64,000 bases of DNA from Escherichia coli (lineage in GTDB: Bacteria; Pseudomonadota; Gammaproteobacteria; Enterobacterales; Enterobacteriaceae). The notes beneath the pieces are model-generated. The model was given only the letters and a program-made list of their open reading frames with translations. It searched no databases and had not been told where the DNA came from. A program made the translations under genes and the position numbers. Shown here in pieces: positions 11,477 through 24,819 of this stretch (position 1 is the stretch's first letter; every line of letters begins with the position of its first letter). The stretch is from the NCBI RefSeq assembly GCF_024502345.1, contig NZ_JALDNN010000001.1. The stretch is one strand, 5' to 3'.

Positions 11477-12118
11477 GTGGCAAAGAATTACTATGACATC
11501 ACCCTCGCCCTGGCCGGTATTTGTCAGTCGGCACGCCTGGTGCAACAACTCGCTCACCAGGGGCATTGTGATGCCGATGCGCTACACGTCTCACTCAACA
11601 GTATTATTGATATGAACCCCAGCTCGACGCTGGCGGTTTTTGGCGGTAGCGAAGCCAACCTGCGCGTCGGGCTGGAAACCCTGCTCGGCGTGCTCAATGC
11701 CAGCAGTCGCCAGGGCTTAAACGCCGAATTAACCCGCTACACACTCAGTCTGATGGTGCTTGAGCGCAAACTCTCCTCAGCGAAAGGTGCGCTCGACACT
11801 CTGGGCAACCGGATCAACGGCCTGCAACGCCAACTCGAACACTTCGATTTACAGTCCGAAACGCTGATGAGCGCGATGGCTGCTATCTATGTTGATGTGA
11901 TTAGCCCGCTTGGCCCGCGCATTCAGGTCACCGGCTCCCCTGCTGTACTGCAAAGCCCACAAGTGCAGGCGAAAGTTCGCGCAACCCTGCTGGCAGGCAT
12001 TCGCGCCGCCGTGCTCTGGCACCAGGTCGGCGGCGGACGTCTGCAACTGATGTTTTCTCGTAATCGCCTGACCACTCAGGCAAAACAAATTCTTGCTCAT
12101 TTAACCCCGGAGTTGTGA
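11477..12118 (+). CDS. hflD: High-frequency lysogenisation protein HflD
   Basis: GTG start gives (M)[31 protein letters not shown]..., 213 aa. Confidence 0.88.
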   Translation: MAKNYYDITLALAGICQSARLVQQLAHQGHCDADALHVSLNSIIDMNPSSTLAVFGGSEANLRVGLETLLGVLNASSRQGLNAELTRYTLSLMVLERKLSSAKGALDTLGNRINGLQRQLEHFDLQSETLMSAMAAIYVDVISPLGPRIQVTGSPAVLQSPQVQAKVRATLLAGIRAAVLWHQVGGGRLQLMFSRNRLTTQAKQILAHLTPEL

Positions 12119-13492
<1,374 letters not shown>

Positions 13493-13504
13493 ACTCGTAT
13501 CAGT

Positions 13505-13560
13505 GCCGGATAGCGATGCTGTCCGGCCTGCTTATTAAGATTATCCGCTTTTTATTTTTT
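13505..13560 (+). terminator. REP-like palindrome and T-tract downstream of purB
   Basis: gccggatagcgatgctgtccggc followed by a T-rich tract (gctttttatttttt). Confidence 0.5.
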
Positions 13561-13582
13561 CACTTTACCTCCCCTCCCCGCT

Positions 13583-13599
13583 GGTTTATTTAATGTTTA
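13583..13599 (+). promoter_or_regulatory. PhoP box (autoregulated phoP promoter)
   Basis: GGTTTA-tttaa-TGTTTA direct repeat, matching the (T/G)GTTTA-N5-(T/G)GTTTA consensus, about 60 bp upstream of the phoP ATG. Confidence 0.8.
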
Positions 13600-13659
13600 C
13601 CCCCATAACCACATAATCGCGTTACACTATTTTAATAATTAAGACAGGGAGAAATAAAA

Positions 13660-14331
13660 ATGCGCGTACTGGTTGTTGAAGACAATGCGTTGTTACGTCA
13701 CCACCTTAAAGTTCAGATTCAGGATGCTGGTCATCAGGTCGATGACGCAGAAGATGCCAAAGAAGCCGATTATTATCTCAATGAACATTTACCGGATATT
13801 GCGATTGTCGATCTCGGATTGCCAGACGAGGACGGTCTGTCACTGATTCGCCGCTGGCGTAGCAATGATGTTTCACTGCCGATTCTGGTATTAACCGCCC
13901 GTGAAAGCTGGCAGGACAAAGTCGAAGTATTAAGTGCCGGTGCTGATGATTACGTGACTAAACCGTTTCATATTGAAGAGGTGATGGCGCGAATGCAGGC
14001 ATTAATGCGGCGTAATAGCGGTCTGGCTTCACAGGTCATTTCGCTCCCCCCGTTTCAGGTTGATCTCTCTCGCCGTGAATTATCTATTAATGACGAAGTG
14101 ATCAAACTGACCGCGTTCGAATACACCATTATGGAAACGTTGATACGCAATAATGGCAAAGTGGTCAGCAAAGATTCGTTAATGCTACAACTCTATCCGG
14201 ATGCGGAGCTGCGGGAAAGCCATACCATTGATGTACTGATGGGACGTCTGCGCAAAAAAATTCAGGCACAATATCCGCAAGAAGTGATTACTACCGTTCG
14301 CGGCCAGGGCTATCTGTTCGAATTGCGCTGA
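13660..14331 (+). CDS. phoP: Two-component response regulator PhoP
   Basis: 223-aa [42 protein letters not shown]... Confidence 0.97.
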   Translation: MRVLVVEDNALLRHHLKVQIQDAGHQVDDAEDAKEADYYLNEHLPDIAIVDLGLPDEDGLSLIRRWRSNDVSLPILVLTARESWQDKVEVLSAGADDYVTKPFHIEEVMARMQALMRRNSGLASQVISLPPFQVDLSRRELSINDEVIKLTAFEYTIMETLIRNNGKVVSKDSLMLQLYPDAELRESHTIDVLMGRLRKKIQAQYPQEVITTVRGQGYLFELR

Positions 14332-15791
14332 TGAAAAAATTACTGCGTCTTTTTTTCCCGCTCTCGCTGCGGGTACGTTTTCTGTTGGCAACGGCAGCGG
14401 TAGTACTGGTGCTTTCGCTTGCCTACGGAATGGTCGCGCTGATCGGTTATAGCGTCAGTTTCGATAAAACTACGTTTCGGCTGTTACGTGGCGAGAGCAA
14501 TCTGTTCTATACCCTTGCGAAGTGGGAAAACAATAAGTTGCATGTCGAGTTACCCGAAAATATCGACAAGCAAAGCCCCACCATGACGCTAATTTATGAT
14601 GAGAACGGGCAGCTTTTATGGGCGCAACGTGACGTGCCCTGGCTGATGAAGATGATCCAGCCTGACTGGCTGAAATCGAATGGTTTTCATGAAATTGAAG
14701 CGGATGTTAACGATACCAGCCTCTTGCTGAGTGGAGATCATTCGATACAGCAACAGTTGCAGGAAGTGCGGGAAGATGATGACGACGCGGAGATGACCCA
14801 CTCGGTGGCGGTAAACGTCTACCCGGCAACATCGCGGATGCCAAAGTTAACCATTGTGGTGGTGGATACCATTCCGGTGGAGCTAAAAAGTTCCTATATG
14901 GTCTGGAGCTGGTTTATCTATGTGCTCTCAGCCAATCTGCTGTTAGTGATCCCGCTGCTGTGGGTCGCCGCCTGGTGGAGTTTACGCCCCATCGAAGCTC
15001 TGGCAAAAGAAGTCCGCGAACTGGAAGAACATAACCGCGAATTGCTCAATCCAGCCACAACGCGAGAACTGACCAGTCTGGTACGAAACCTGAACCGATT
15101 GTTAAAAAGTGAACGCGAACGTTACGACAAATATCGTACAACGCTCACCGACCTGACCCATAGTCTGAAAACGCCACTGGCGGTGCTGCAAAGTACGCTG
15201 CGTTCTCTGCGTAGTGAAAAGATGAGCGTCAGTGATGCTGAACCGGTAATGCTGGAGCAAATCAGCCGCATTTCACAGCAAATTGGCTACTACCTGCATC
15301 GTGCCAGTATGCGCGGCGGGACATTGCTCAGCCGCGAGCTGCATCCGGTCGCCCCACTGCTGGACAATCTCACCTCGGCGCTGAACAAAGTGTATCAACG
15401 CAAAGGGGTCAATATCTCTCTCGATATTTCGCCAGAGATCAGCTTTGTCGGTGAGCAGAACGATTTTGTCGAGGTGATGGGCAATGTGCTGGATAATGCC
15501 TGTAAATATTGCCTCGAGTTTGTCGAAATTTCTGCAAGGCAAACCGACGAGCATCTCTATATTGTGGTCGAGGATGATGGACCCGGTATTCCATTAAGCA
15601 AGCGAGAGGTCATTTTCGACCGTGGTCAACGGGTTGATACTTTACGCCCTGGGCAAGGTGTAGGGCTGGCGGTAGCCCGCGAAATCACCGAGCAATATGA
15701 GGGTAAAATCGTCGCCGGAGAGAGCATGCTTGGCGGTGCGCGGATGGAGGTGATTTTTGGTCGCCAGCATTCTACGCCGAAAGATGAATAA
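14331..15791 (+). CDS. phoQ: Sensor histidine kinase PhoQ
   Basis: 486-aa ORF overlapping the phoP stop (ATGA); transmembrane segments and histidine kinase motifs. Confidence 0.97.
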   Translation: MKKLLRLFFPLSLRVRFLLATAAVVLVLSLAYGMVALIGYSVSFDKTTFRLLRGESNLFYTLAKWENNKLHVELPENIDKQSPTMTLIYDENGQLLWAQRDVPWLMKMIQPDWLKSNGFHEIEADVNDTSLLLSGDHSIQQQLQEVREDDDDAEMTHSVAVNVYPATSRMPKLTIVVVDTIPVELKSSYMVWSWFIYVLSANLLLVIPLLWVAAWWSLRPIEALAKEVRELEEHNRELLNPATTRELTSLVRNLNRLLKSERERYDKYRTTLTDLTHSLKTPLAVLQSTLRSLRSEKMSVSDAEPVMLEQISRISQQIGYYLHRASMRGGTLLSRELHPVAPLLDNLTSALNKVYQRKGVNISLDISPEISFVGEQNDFVEVMGNVLDNACKYCLEFVEISARQTDEHLYIVVEDDGPGIPLSKREVIFDRGQRVDTLRPGQGVGLAVAREITEQYEGKIVAGESMLGGARMEVIFGRQHSTPKDE

Positions 15792-15866
15792 ATATGTCCA
15801 TACTTCACGCATTACGTTAAGCATCCGTTATAATCGGTTGCAGATACCAGCCTGTGGATGCTTAAC

Positions 15867-16988
15867 ATGGAATACCAACTCACTCTTAACTGGCCCGATT
15901 TTCTTGAACGTCACTGGCAAAAACGCCCGGTGGTGTTAAAACGCGGCTTTAATAATTTTATTGACCCGATCTCTCCAGACGAGTTGGCGGGTCTGGCGAT
16001 GGAAAGCGAAGTCGACAGTCGACTGGTCAGTCACCAGGATGGAAAATGGCAGGTCAGCCACGGTCCGTTCGAAAGCTACGATCATCTCGGTGAAACTAAC
16101 TGGTCATTGTTAGTGCAAGCAGTGAACCACTGGCATGAGCCGACCGCCGCGCTGATGCGACCGTTCCGTGAACTACCGGACTGGCGTATTGATGATCTGA
16201 TGATCTCTTTTTCTGTACCTGGCGGCGGCGTCGGCCCGCATCTCGATCAGTACGACGTGTTTATCATTCAGGGTACCGGACGTCGTCGCTGGCGAGTGGG
16301 CGAAAAGCTGCAAATGAAACAGCACTGCCCACATCCGGATCTGTTACAGGTCGATCCGTTCGAAGCCATCATCGATGAAGAGCTGGAGCCTGGTGATATT
16401 CTTTATATTCCGCCAGGATTCCCGCATGAAGGCTACGCGCTGGAAAATGCGATGAACTATTCCGTGGGTTTTCGCGCGCCAAATACGCGGGAACTGATTA
16501 GTGGATTTGCCGATTATGTGCTGCAACGTGAACTGGGCGGCAACTACTACAGCGATCCTGATGTTCCACCTCGCGCTCATCCTGCGGATGTTCTGCCGCA
16601 AGAGATGGATAAACTGCGTGAGATGATGCTCGAATTGATCAACCAGCCGGAACACTTTAAGCAATGGTTTGGCGAGTTTATATCCCAGTCACGTCATGAA
16701 CTGGATATCGCGCCGCCAGAGCCGCCTTATCAGCCAGATGAGATCTACGATGCGCTGAAACAAGGTGAAGTGCTGGTGCGCCTGGGTGGTCTGCGCGTAT
16801 TGCGCATTGGCGACGACGTGTATGCCAATGGTGAGAAGATCGATTCCCCGCACCGTCCGGCACTGGATGCACTCGCCAGCAACATTGCGCTGACCGCGGA
16901 GAATTTTGGCGATGCGCTGGAAGATCCGTCATTCCTCGCGATGCTCGCGGCGCTGGTAAATAGCGGGTATTGGTTCTTCGAAGGGTAA
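15867..16988 (+). CDS. roxA: Ribosomal protein uL16 arginine hydroxylase RoxA (YcfD)
   Basis: ATG at 15867 gives MEYQLTLNWPDFLERHWQKRPVVLKRGF..., 373 aa, cupin/JmjC-like. Confidence 0.88.
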   Translation: MEYQLTLNWPDFLERHWQKRPVVLKRGFNNFIDPISPDELAGLAMESEVDSRLVSHQDGKWQVSHGPFESYDHLGETNWSLLVQAVNHWHEPTAALMRPFRELPDWRIDDLMISFSVPGGGVGPHLDQYDVFIIQGTGRRRWRVGEKLQMKQHCPHPDLLQVDPFEAIIDEELEPGDILYIPPGFPHEGYALENAMNYSVGFRAPNTRELISGFADYVLQRELGGNYYSDPDVPPRAHPADVLPQEMDKLREMMLELINQPEHFKQWFGEFISQSRHELDIAPPEPPYQPDEIYDALKQGEVLVRLGGLRVLRIGDDVYANGEKIDSPHRPALDALASNIALTAENFGDALEDPSFLAMLAALVNSGYWFFEG

Positions 16989-17000
16989 GTTTGGATTTAA

Positions 17001-17075
17001 GCCGGATGTGGCGCTGATTGCGCCTTATCGTGCCTACATGCACTGAACGCCTGTAGGCACGATAAGTATGTGGAC
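17001..17075. repeat. REP/BIME element between roxA and pepT
   Basis: Two inverted REP-like palindromes (gccggatgtggcgctgattgcgccttatc... and gcctgtaggcacgataag). Confidence 0.7.
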
Positions 17076-17133
17076 CAGTGTCAATATAACGGTTTCATCC
17101 CGGTAATTGGCAGTCCACATACGCATCGGGCAA

Positions 17134-18363
17134 TCACGACTTCCGTTGCGCCGTTAACTCGGCAATACGGACGATCACCTGCACCGCTTTTTCCATACCT
17201 TCCAGAGTCACAAACTCATGCTTACCATGATAGTTGTAACCGCCAGTGAACAGGTTCGGGCACGGTAATCCCATAAACGACAACTGCGCGCCGTCGGTAC
17301 CACCGCGGATCGGTTTCAGTTCCGGTTCAATATCGCAGTCACGCATCGCCTGCTGGGCGATATCGAGAATATGCGGATGCTCAACCACTTTCTCGCGCAT
17401 ATTGTAGTAACTGTCTTCAATCACCAATTCAATGTAGCAATCAGGATGTAACCCTTTGCCCACTTTTTTGGCGATCTCCATCATTTTACGTTTACGCGCT
17501 TCAAACTGTTTACGGTCGAAATCACGGATGATGTAGTGCATATCGGCCCGTTCAACGGTGCCTTTCATGCTCGCCAGGTGATAGAAACCTTCATAGCCTT
17601 CTGTCATTTCCGGGCTTTCATCCGCCGGAACTTCCGCATGAATACGTGCCGCCAGCGACAGCGCATTTACCATCACTCCTTTCGCCGTACCCGGGTGAAC
17701 ATTGTTACCGACAATTTTGATATTGACCGACGCGGCGTTGAAGTTTTCAAACTCCAGTTCGCCTACGCCACCACCATCAACAGTGTAAGCCCAGCGGGCA
17801 TCGAAGGCGTCAACATCAAAATGTTTCGCCCCTTTGCCCACTTCTTCATCCGGGGTAAAGGCGACGCGAATATCACCATGCGGAATGTTTTTCTGTTGCA
17901 ATACCGCCAGCGCGGTCATGATTTCTGCAATACCGGCTTTGTCATCGGCACCTAACAAGGTTTTACCATCGGTAGTAATCAGCGTCTGACCCAGTAGCTG
18001 ATGCAGCACCGGGAACATAACCGGTGATAAAACTTCATCGCCGATACCCAGCGCAATATCGCCACCGCGATAGTTTTCAACAATTTGCGGATTCACATTT
18101 TTGCCGCTGCAATCCGGTGAGGTATCCACATGAGAAATAAAGCCAATCGCCGGGATATCGCCAGGGACGTTAGCCGGTAACGTCGCCATCAAAGTGCCCT
18201 TCTCACTTAAGGTCACATTGATAAGCCCCATCTCTTCGAGCTGCTCTTTCAGCAGATGCAATAACTTCCATTGGCCTTCCGTGCTGGGAACCTGTCTCAC
18301 CCCTGCTTTTGATTGGGTATCCAGAGACACGTAGTTCAAAAATCGCTCAAGTAGTTTATCCAT
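17134..18363 (-). CDS. pepT: Peptidase T (tripeptide aminopeptidase)
   Basis: Translation [35 protein letters not shown]... from the ATG at 18361-18363; the track ORF extends 14 codons upstream. Confidence 0.93.
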   Translation of the reverse strand: MDKLLERFLNYVSLDTQSKAGVRQVPSTEGQWKLLHLLKEQLEEMGLINVTLSEKGTLMATLPANVPGDIPAIGFISHVDTSPDCSGKNVNPQIVENYRGGDIALGIGDEVLSPVMFPVLHQLLGQTLITTDGKTLLGADDKAGIAEIMTALAVLQQKNIPHGDIRVAFTPDEEVGKGAKHFDVDAFDARWAYTVDGGGVGELEFENFNAASVNIKIVGNNVHPGTAKGVMVNALSLAARIHAEVPADESPEMTEGYEGFYHLASMKGTVERADMHYIIRDFDRKQFEARKRKMMEIAKKVGKGLHPDCYIELVIEDSYYNMREKVVEHPHILDIAQQAMRDCDIEPELKPIRGGTDGAQLSFMGLPCPNLFTGGYNYHGKHEFVTLEGMEKAVQVIVRIAELTAQRKS

Positions 18364-18612
18364 GTAGTCACCCTCACTTTTTGTGACAACATTATTAAGA
18401 AGCAAGAAAAGACAAATATTGCGTCAGGTCACTTTTACCCCTGCAAGCGGGAATATTTATCAGCATTACCTTAATCAATATAAAGCTAAGCCAGTAATTC
18501 ACAACAAAGATTGGCGATTCAAGCGGTTTGCCGTAGAATTACCGCCCTCATTAAGAGTCACCAAGGTGGTTAACCACAAACCCCGCATCGGTAAGCCATC
18601 CGTTGCGTTTAC

Positions 18613-19749
18613 ATGGGACAGAGTAAAAAATTGAATAAACAACCGAGTTCGCTTTCACCGCTGGTGCAATTGGCGGGAATTCGCAAATGCTTTGATGGTA
18701 AAGAGGTCATTCCCCAGCTGGATCTGACTATCAACAATGGCGAGTTCCTCACGCTGCTTGGCCCTTCTGGCTGCGGTAAAACAACCGTTCTTCGCCTGAT
18801 TGCAGGTCTGGAAACTGTTGATTCCGGACGCATCATGTTGGATAACGAGGACATCACCCACGTTCCGGCGGAAAACCGCTATGTGAACACTGTTTTCCAA
18901 AGCTACGCACTTTTCCCCCACATGACCGTGTTCGAAAATGTGGCCTTTGGGTTGCGCATGCAAAAAACCCCCGCTGCTGAAATTACGCCCCGCGTGATGG
19001 AAGCCCTGCGGATGGTGCAGCTGGAAACCTTCGCTCAACGTAAACCGCATCAGCTCTCTGGTGGTCAACAGCAACGCGTCGCCATTGCTCGCGCGGTGGT
19101 TAACAAGCCTCGTCTGTTGTTGCTGGATGAGTCGCTCTCAGCGCTGGATTACAAACTGCGCAAGCAAATGCAGAACGAGCTGAAAGCGTTACAGCGTAAG
19201 CTTGGCATTACATTCGTCTTCGTGACTCACGACCAGGAAGAAGCACTCACCATGTCGGACAGGATTGTGGTGATGCGCGATGGTCGCATTGAGCAAGACG
19301 GCACGCCGCGTGAAATCTACGAAGAGCCGAAAAACCTGTTTGTTGCCGGGTTCATTGGCGAAATCAATATGTTTAACGCCACTGTCATCGAACGTCTCGA
19401 CGAGCAGCGCGTACGCGCCAACGTTGAAGGCCGCGAATGTAATATCTACGTTAACTTCGCCGTTGAACCGGGGCAAAAACTGCATGTTCTGCTGCGCCCG
19501 GAAGACTTACGTGTTGAAGAGATTAACGACGACAACCACGCTGAAGGGCTGATTGGTTACGTTCGCGAGCGTAACTACAAAGGCATGACGCTGGAGTCGG
19601 TTGTTGAACTGGAAAATGGCAAGATGGTGATGGTCAGCGAATTCTTCAATGAAGACGATCCTGACTTTGACCACTCTCTCGACCAAAAAATGGCCATTAA
19701 TTGGGTAGAAAGCTGGGAGGTCGTACTGGCTGATGAAGAACACAAGTAA
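18613..19749 (+). CDS. potA: Spermidine/putrescine ABC transporter ATPase PotA
   Basis: 378-aa ORF with Walker [10 protein letters not shown] and ABC signature LSGGQQQRV. Confidence 0.96.
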
Positions 19750-20590
19750 GTTCCAGAATGTAGTGATTGTCACTATTGTCGGTTGGCTTGTGTTGTTTGT
19801 CTTCCTGCCCAACCTGATGATCATTGGCACCAGCTTTTTGACCCGCGACGACGCCAGTTTCGTCAAAATGGTCTTTACGCTGGATAACTACACACGTCTG
19901 CTCGATCCGCTCTATTTTGAAGTGCTATTGCACTCGCTGAATATGGCGCTGATCGCCACCCTCGCCTGCCTGGTGCTGGGCTACCCGTTTGCCTGGTTTC
20001 TGGCGAAGCTGCCACACAAGGTGCGTCCGCTGCTGCTGTTTCTGCTGATTGTTCCCTTCTGGACCAACTCACTGATTCGCATCTACGGGCTGAAAATTTT
20101 CCTCAGCACCAAAGGCTACCTCAACGAGTTTTTGCTCTGGCTGGGCGTTATCGACACACCAATCCGTATCATGTTCACGCCCAGTGCGGTGATTATCGGT
20201 CTGGTTTACATTCTGCTGCCGTTTATGGTGATGCCGCTGTACTCCAGTATCGAAAAACTGGATAAGCCGTTGCTTGAGGCGGCGCGCGATCTCGGTGCCA
20301 GCAAGTTACAGACTTTTATCCGTATCATTATTCCACTGACGATGCCGGGAATTATTGCCGGATGTCTGCTGGTTATGCTGCCAGCGATGGGCCTGTTCTA
20401 TGTGTCCGACCTGATGGGCGGTGCGAAAAACCTGCTGATCGGTAACGTCATCAAGGTCCAGTTCCTTAATATTCGTGACTGGCCGTTTGGTGCAGCTACC
20501 AGCATTACGCTGACTATCGTAATGGGCCTGATGTTGCTGGTTTACTGGCGCGCTTCTCGTTTGCTGAATAAGAAGGTGGAACTCGAATGA
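19733..20590 (+). CDS. potB: Spermidine/putrescine ABC transporter permease PotB (alternative GTG start at 19763 gives 275 aa)
   Basis: Track ORF overlapping the potA end; multi-pass membrane permease. Confidence 0.9.
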
Positions 20591-21381
20591 TCGGTCGACT
20601 GCTTCGCGGCGGTTTTATGACCGCTATCTACGCGTACCTGTATATCCCAATCATTATTTTGATTGTGAACTCCTTTAACAGCTCGCGCTTTGGCATCAAC
20701 TGGCAGGGTTTTACCACCAAATGGTATAGCCTGCTGATGAACAACGACAGCCTGTTACAGGCAGCGCAGCATTCACTAACAATGGCGGTGTTTTCGGCGA
20801 CGTTTGCTACGCTTATCGGTTCACTGACGGCAGTTGCGCTGTACCGTTATCGCTTTCGTGGTAAGCCGTTCGTTAGCGGAATGCTGTTTGTGGTGATGAT
20901 GTCACCAGATATCGTGATGGCGATTTCGCTGCTGGTGCTGTTTATGCTGCTGGGTATTCAGCTTGGCTTCTGGTCGCTGCTGTTCTCGCATATCACCTTC
21001 TGCCTGCCATTTGTGGTGGTGACGGTGTATTCGCGCCTGAAAGGTTTTGACGTGCGAATGCTGGAAGCGGCGAAAGATCTCGGTGCCAGTGAATTTACCA
21101 TTCTGCGAAAAATCATTCTGCCACTGGCAATGCCTGCGGTGGCGGCGGGCTGGGTGTTAAGCTTTACCCTGTCGATGGACGATGTGGTAGTTTCTTCGTT
21201 CGTCACCGGACCAAGCTATGAAATTCTGCCGTTAAAAATTTATTCGATGGTCAAAGTCGGCGTATCGCCGGAAGTTAACGCGCTGGCAACCATATTACTG
21301 GTGCTGTCGCTGGTGATGGTTATTGCCAGCCAGCTTATTGCTCGTGATAAAACGAAAGGTAACACAGGGGACGTTAAATGA
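20587..21381 (+). CDS. potC: Spermidine/putrescine ABC transporter permease PotC
   Basis: 264-aa ORF overlapping the potB stop. Confidence 0.95.
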   Translation: MIGRLLRGGFMTAIYAYLYIPIIILIVNSFNSSRFGINWQGFTTKWYSLLMNNDSLLQAAQHSLTMAVFSATFATLIGSLTAVALYRYRFRGKPFVSGMLFVVMMSPDIVMAISLLVLFMLLGIQLGFWSLLFSHITFCLPFVVVTVYSRLKGFDVRMLEAAKDLGASEFTILRKIILPLAMPAVAAGWVLSFTLSMDDVVVSSFVTGPSYEILPLKIYSMVKVGVSPEVNALATILLVLSLVMVIASQLIARDKTKGNTGDVK

Positions 21382-22424
21382 AAAAATGGTCACGCCACCT
21401 GCTCGCGGCGGGTGCTCTGGCACTGGGCATGAGCGCCGCTCACGCCGATGACAACAATACGCTGTATTTCTACAACTGGACCGAGTACGTGCCGCCAGGA
21501 CTGCTTGAACAGTTCACCAAAGAAACCGGTATTAAGGTTATCTATTCGACTTACGAGTCGAACGAAACCATGTACGCCAAGCTGAAAACGTACAAAGACG
21601 GTGCCTATGACCTGGTGGTTCCTTCAACCTATTACGTCGATAAAATGCGTAAAGAGGGGATGATCCAGAAGATCGACAAGTCGAAGTTAACGAACTTCAG
21701 CAATCTCGATCCAGACATGCTCAATAAGCCGTTTGACCCGAATAACGATTACTCCATTCCGTATATCTGGGGTGCGACGGCGATTGGTGTTAACGGTGAT
21801 GCGGTGGATCCAAAATCTGTCACCAGCTGGGCCGATCTGTGGAAGCCAGAGTACAAAGGCAGCCTGCTGTTGACCGACGATGCCCGTGAAGTGTTCCAGA
21901 TGGCGCTGCGTAAGCTGGGCTACTCCGGTAACACCACCGATCCGAAAGAGATTGAAGCTGCATATAACGAGCTGAAAAAACTGATGCCAAACGTCGCAGC
22001 GTTTAACTCCGATAACCCGGCTAACCCGTACATGGAAGGCGAAGTTAACCTCGGCATGATCTGGAACGGTTCTGCTTTCGTTGCACGCCAGGCGGGTACG
22101 CCTATTGACGTGGTGTGGCCGAAAGAAGGCGGCATATTCTGGATGGACAGCCTGGCGATCCCGGCAAATGCCAAAAACAAAGAAGGCGCGCTGAAATTGA
22201 TCAACTTCCTGCTGCGCCCGGATGTGGCAAAACAGGTTGCTGAAACTATCGGTTATCCAACGCCAAACCTTGCGGCGCGTAAGCTGTTAAGTCCAGAAGT
22301 GGCGAACGATAAGACGCTCTACCCGGATGCTGAAACCATTAAAAATGGCGAATGGCAGAATGACGTTGGCGCAGCCAGCAGCATTTATGAAGAGTATTAT
22401 CAGAAGCTGAAAGCAGGACGTTAA
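21378..22424 (+). CDS. potD: Spermidine/putrescine periplasmic binding protein PotD
   Basis: 348-aa ORF with signal peptide MKKWSRHLLAAGALALGMSAAHA. Confidence 0.96.
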   Translation: MKKWSRHLLAAGALALGMSAAHADDNNTLYFYNWTEYVPPGLLEQFTKETGIKVIYSTYESNETMYAKLKTYKDGAYDLVVPSTYYVDKMRKEGMIQKIDKSKLTNFSNLDPDMLNKPFDPNNDYSIPYIWGATAIGVNGDAVDPKSVTSWADLWKPEYKGSLLLTDDAREVFQMALRKLGYSGNTTDPKEIEAAYNELKKLMPNVAAFNSDNPANPYMEGEVNLGMIWNGSAFVARQAGTPIDVVWPKEGGIFWMDSLAIPANAKNKEGALKLINFLLRPDVAKQVAETIGYPTPNLAARKLLSPEVANDKTLYPDAETIKNGEWQNDVGAASSIYEEYYQKLKAGR

Positions 22425-22432
22425 TTCAGCAA

Positions 22433-22461
22433 GCGGGCGGTGGTATTACCGCCCGTTTTTT
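22433..22461 (+). terminator. Intrinsic terminator after potD
   Basis: gcgggcgg-tggtatta-ccgcccg followed by TTTTTT. Confidence 0.8.
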
Positions 22462-22481
22462 AGTTAGCAAGGATGTGACTA

Positions 22482-22943
22482 ATGAGTCAGGACAGTAAAG
22501 TTTTCTTTCGTATATTCTTCGGTATCGGTCTGGTACTGATCCTCATTTCTGTTGTTATCTTTTATAACCAGTTCACCTATAGCAAAGACGCGATTCATAC
22601 CGAAGGCGTCATTGTTGATACCGTCTTGCACTCCAGTCATTCTCATCGCACGGGTAAAAATGGTTCGTGGTATCCCGTCGTTGCCTTTCGACCGACGCCA
22701 GATTACACGCTAATTTTCAATTCGAGTATTGGCAGCGATTTTTATGAAGACAGCGAAGGCGATAAAGTTAATGTTTATTATTCTCCCGGGCATCCTGAAA
22801 AGGCTGAGATAAATAACCCGTGGGTTAATTTTTTTAAATGGGGGTTTATCGGCATTATGGGCGTTATTTTTATCGCCGTCGGTTTATTAATCAGTATGCC
22901 CTCCTCTAAAAAATCACGCAGGAAACGGAAGTCCCGTCCATGA
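22482..22943 (+). CDS. ymfA: Inner membrane protein YmfA (DUF3592)
   Basis: 153-aa ORF with two hydrophobic segments; synteny after potD. Confidence 0.85.
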   Translation: MSQDSKVFFRIFFGIGLVLILISVVIFYNQFTYSKDAIHTEGVIVDTVLHSSHSHRTGKNGSWYPVVAFRPTPDYTLIFNSSIGSDFYEDSEGDKVNVYYSPGHPEKAEINNPWVNFFKWGFIGIMGVIFIAVGLLISMPSSKKSRRKRKSRP

Positions 22944-22981
22944 AAAAAATCATAATACTGCTCAGTTTACTGATACTTCTG

Positions 22982-22990
22982 CCTCTGACG
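22982..22990. repeat. Target-site duplication (left copy) of IS903 copy 2
   Basis: CCTCTGACG immediately 5' of the IS; identical 9-mer at 24048-24056. Confidence 0.9.
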
Positions 22991-24047
22991 GGCTTTGTTG
23001 AATAAATCGAACTTTTGCTGAGTTGAAGGATCAGATCACGTATCTTCCCGACAACGCAGACCGTTCCGTGGCAAAGCAAAAGTTCAAAATCACCAACTGG
23101 CCCACCTACAATAAAGCCCTCATCAACCGTGGCTCCATAACTTTCTGGCTGGATGATGAAGCTATTCAGGCCTGGTATGAGTCAGCAACACCTTCTTCAC
23201 GAGGCAGACCTCAGCGCTATTCTGACCTTGCCATCACGACTGTGCTGGTCATTAAACGCGTATTCAGGCTGACCCTGCGCGCTGCGCAGGGCTTTATTGA
23301 TTCCATTTTTTCTCTGATGAACGTTCCGCTACGCTGCCCGGATTACAGCTGTGTCAGCAGGCGGGCAAAGTCGGTTAATGTCAGTTTCAAAACGCCCACC
23401 CGGGGTGAAATCGCACACCTGGTAATTGATTCCACCGGGCTGAAGGTCTTCGGTGAAGGCGAGTGGAAAGTCAAAAAGCATGGCCAGGAACGCCGCCGTA
23501 TCTGGCGTAAGCTGCATCTCGCCGTTGACAGTAAAACACATGAAATCATCTGCGCTGACCTGTCGCTGAACAACGTTACGGACTCAGAGGCCTTCCCCGG
23601 GTTAATCCGGCAAACCCACCGGAAAATCAGGTCAGCCGCCGCCGATGGCGCTTACGATACCCGGCTATGTCACGATGAACTGCGGCGTAAGAAAATCAGC
23701 GCGCTTATCCCTCCCCGAAAAGGTGCGGGTTACTGGCCCGGTGAATATGCAGACCGTAACCGTGCAGTGGCTAATCAGCGAATGACCGGGAGTAATGCGC
23801 GGTGGAAATGGACAACAGATTACAACCGTCGCTCGATAGCGGAAACGGCGATGTACCGGGTAAAACAGCTGTTCGGGGGTTCACTGACACTGCGTGACTA
23901 CGATGGTCAGGTTGCAGAGGCTATGGCCCTGGTACGAGCGCTGAACAAAATGACGAAAGCAGGTATGCCTGAAAGCGTGCGTATTGCCTGAAAACACAAC
24001 CCGCTACGGGGGAGACTTACCCGAAATCTGATTTATTCAACAAAGCC
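22991..24047 (+). mobile_element. IS903-group insertion sequence, copy 2, 1057 bp, flanked by a 9-bp target-site duplication
   Basis: Same terminal repeats and encoded proteins as copy 1; direct orientation; perfect 9-bp duplication. Confidence 0.95.
23068..23991 (+). CDS. IS903-type transposase (307 aa from GTG; the track ORF starts at 23023)
   Basis: Identical to the transposase of copy 1. Confidence 0.9.
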   Translation: MAKQKFKITNWPTYNKALINRGSITFWLDDEAIQAWYESATPSSRGRPQRYSDLAITTVLVIKRVFRLTLRAAQGFIDSIFSLMNVPLRCPDYSCVSRRAKSVNVSFKTPTRGEIAHLVIDSTGLKVFGEGEWKVKKHGQERRRIWRKLHLAVDSKTHEIICADLSLNNVTDSEAFPGLIRQTHRKIRSAAADGAYDTRLCHDELRRKKISALIPPRKGAGYWPGEYADRNRAVANQRMTGSNARWKWTTDYNRRSIAETAMYRVKQLFGGSLTLRDYDGQVAEAMALVRALNKMTKAGMPESVRIA

Positions 24048-24056
24048 CCTCTGACG
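24048..24056. repeat. Target-site duplication (right copy) of IS903 copy 2
   Basis: CCTCTGACG immediately 3' of the IS. Confidence 0.9.
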
Positions 24057-24819
24057 GTAACCAGTAAGCCCTTAATCCCAATAATGAAGACACTTTTTAC
24101 GGATGTTACAGGTACTGTACCGGATGCTGAGGAGATTGCGCGGAAAGCGGAGCTTTTTCGTCAACAAACAGGGATTGCGCCGTTTATCGTGGTTGTACCT
24201 GGCGTTAATGAAGCAAGCTTCAGGCAAAATGGCAAAGCGATGCTGGCGCATGCGTCATCTTCATTGAGTGATGTAAAAGGAAGTGTTCTGTTACTTTTTA
24301 CTACACGCGAGCCACGGTTAATTATGATAACCAACGGCCATGTTGAAAGCAGCATGGACGATAAGCATCTCGGCCTTCTGGTAGAAAATCACACGCTGGC
24401 TTATTTACATGCGGATCTCTGGTATCAGGGAATCAATAATGCATTGGCTGTTTTACAAGCACAGATATTAAAACAACCGACGCCGCCACTGACATATTAT
24501 CCGCATCCCGGACAACAGCAGGAGAATGATCCTCCCGGCAGCACCACGACATTAGGCCTTTTTGCCTGGGCGGTTGCATTTATCGTCTTTACTGCATTTT
24601 TTAACTACACGACGCGCCTTAATTATGCATTAAAATTTGCAGTGGCGATGACTATTGCCAATATGGGCTATCAGGCTTTATGCCTGTATATCGATAATAG
24701 CTTTGCGATTACCAGAATATCGCCACTCTGGGCAGGGCTGATTGGTGTCTGTACGTTTATTGCCGCGTTGTTATTGACGAGTAAACGGTAAAAGAGATAG
24801 TAAAATGCGTGTGTATTAT

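Larger units (their letters stand above)
22940..24791 (+). pseudogene. ycfZ: ycfZ interrupted by IS903 after codon 17
   Basis: ATG at 22940 (overlapping the ymfA stop) encodes [17 protein letters not shown], then the IS (22991-24047); the frame resumes after the duplicated CCTCTGACG as VTSKPLIPIMKTLFTDVTG... to the stop at 24791. Track ORF 24084..24791 is the 3' part. Confidence 0.85.
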
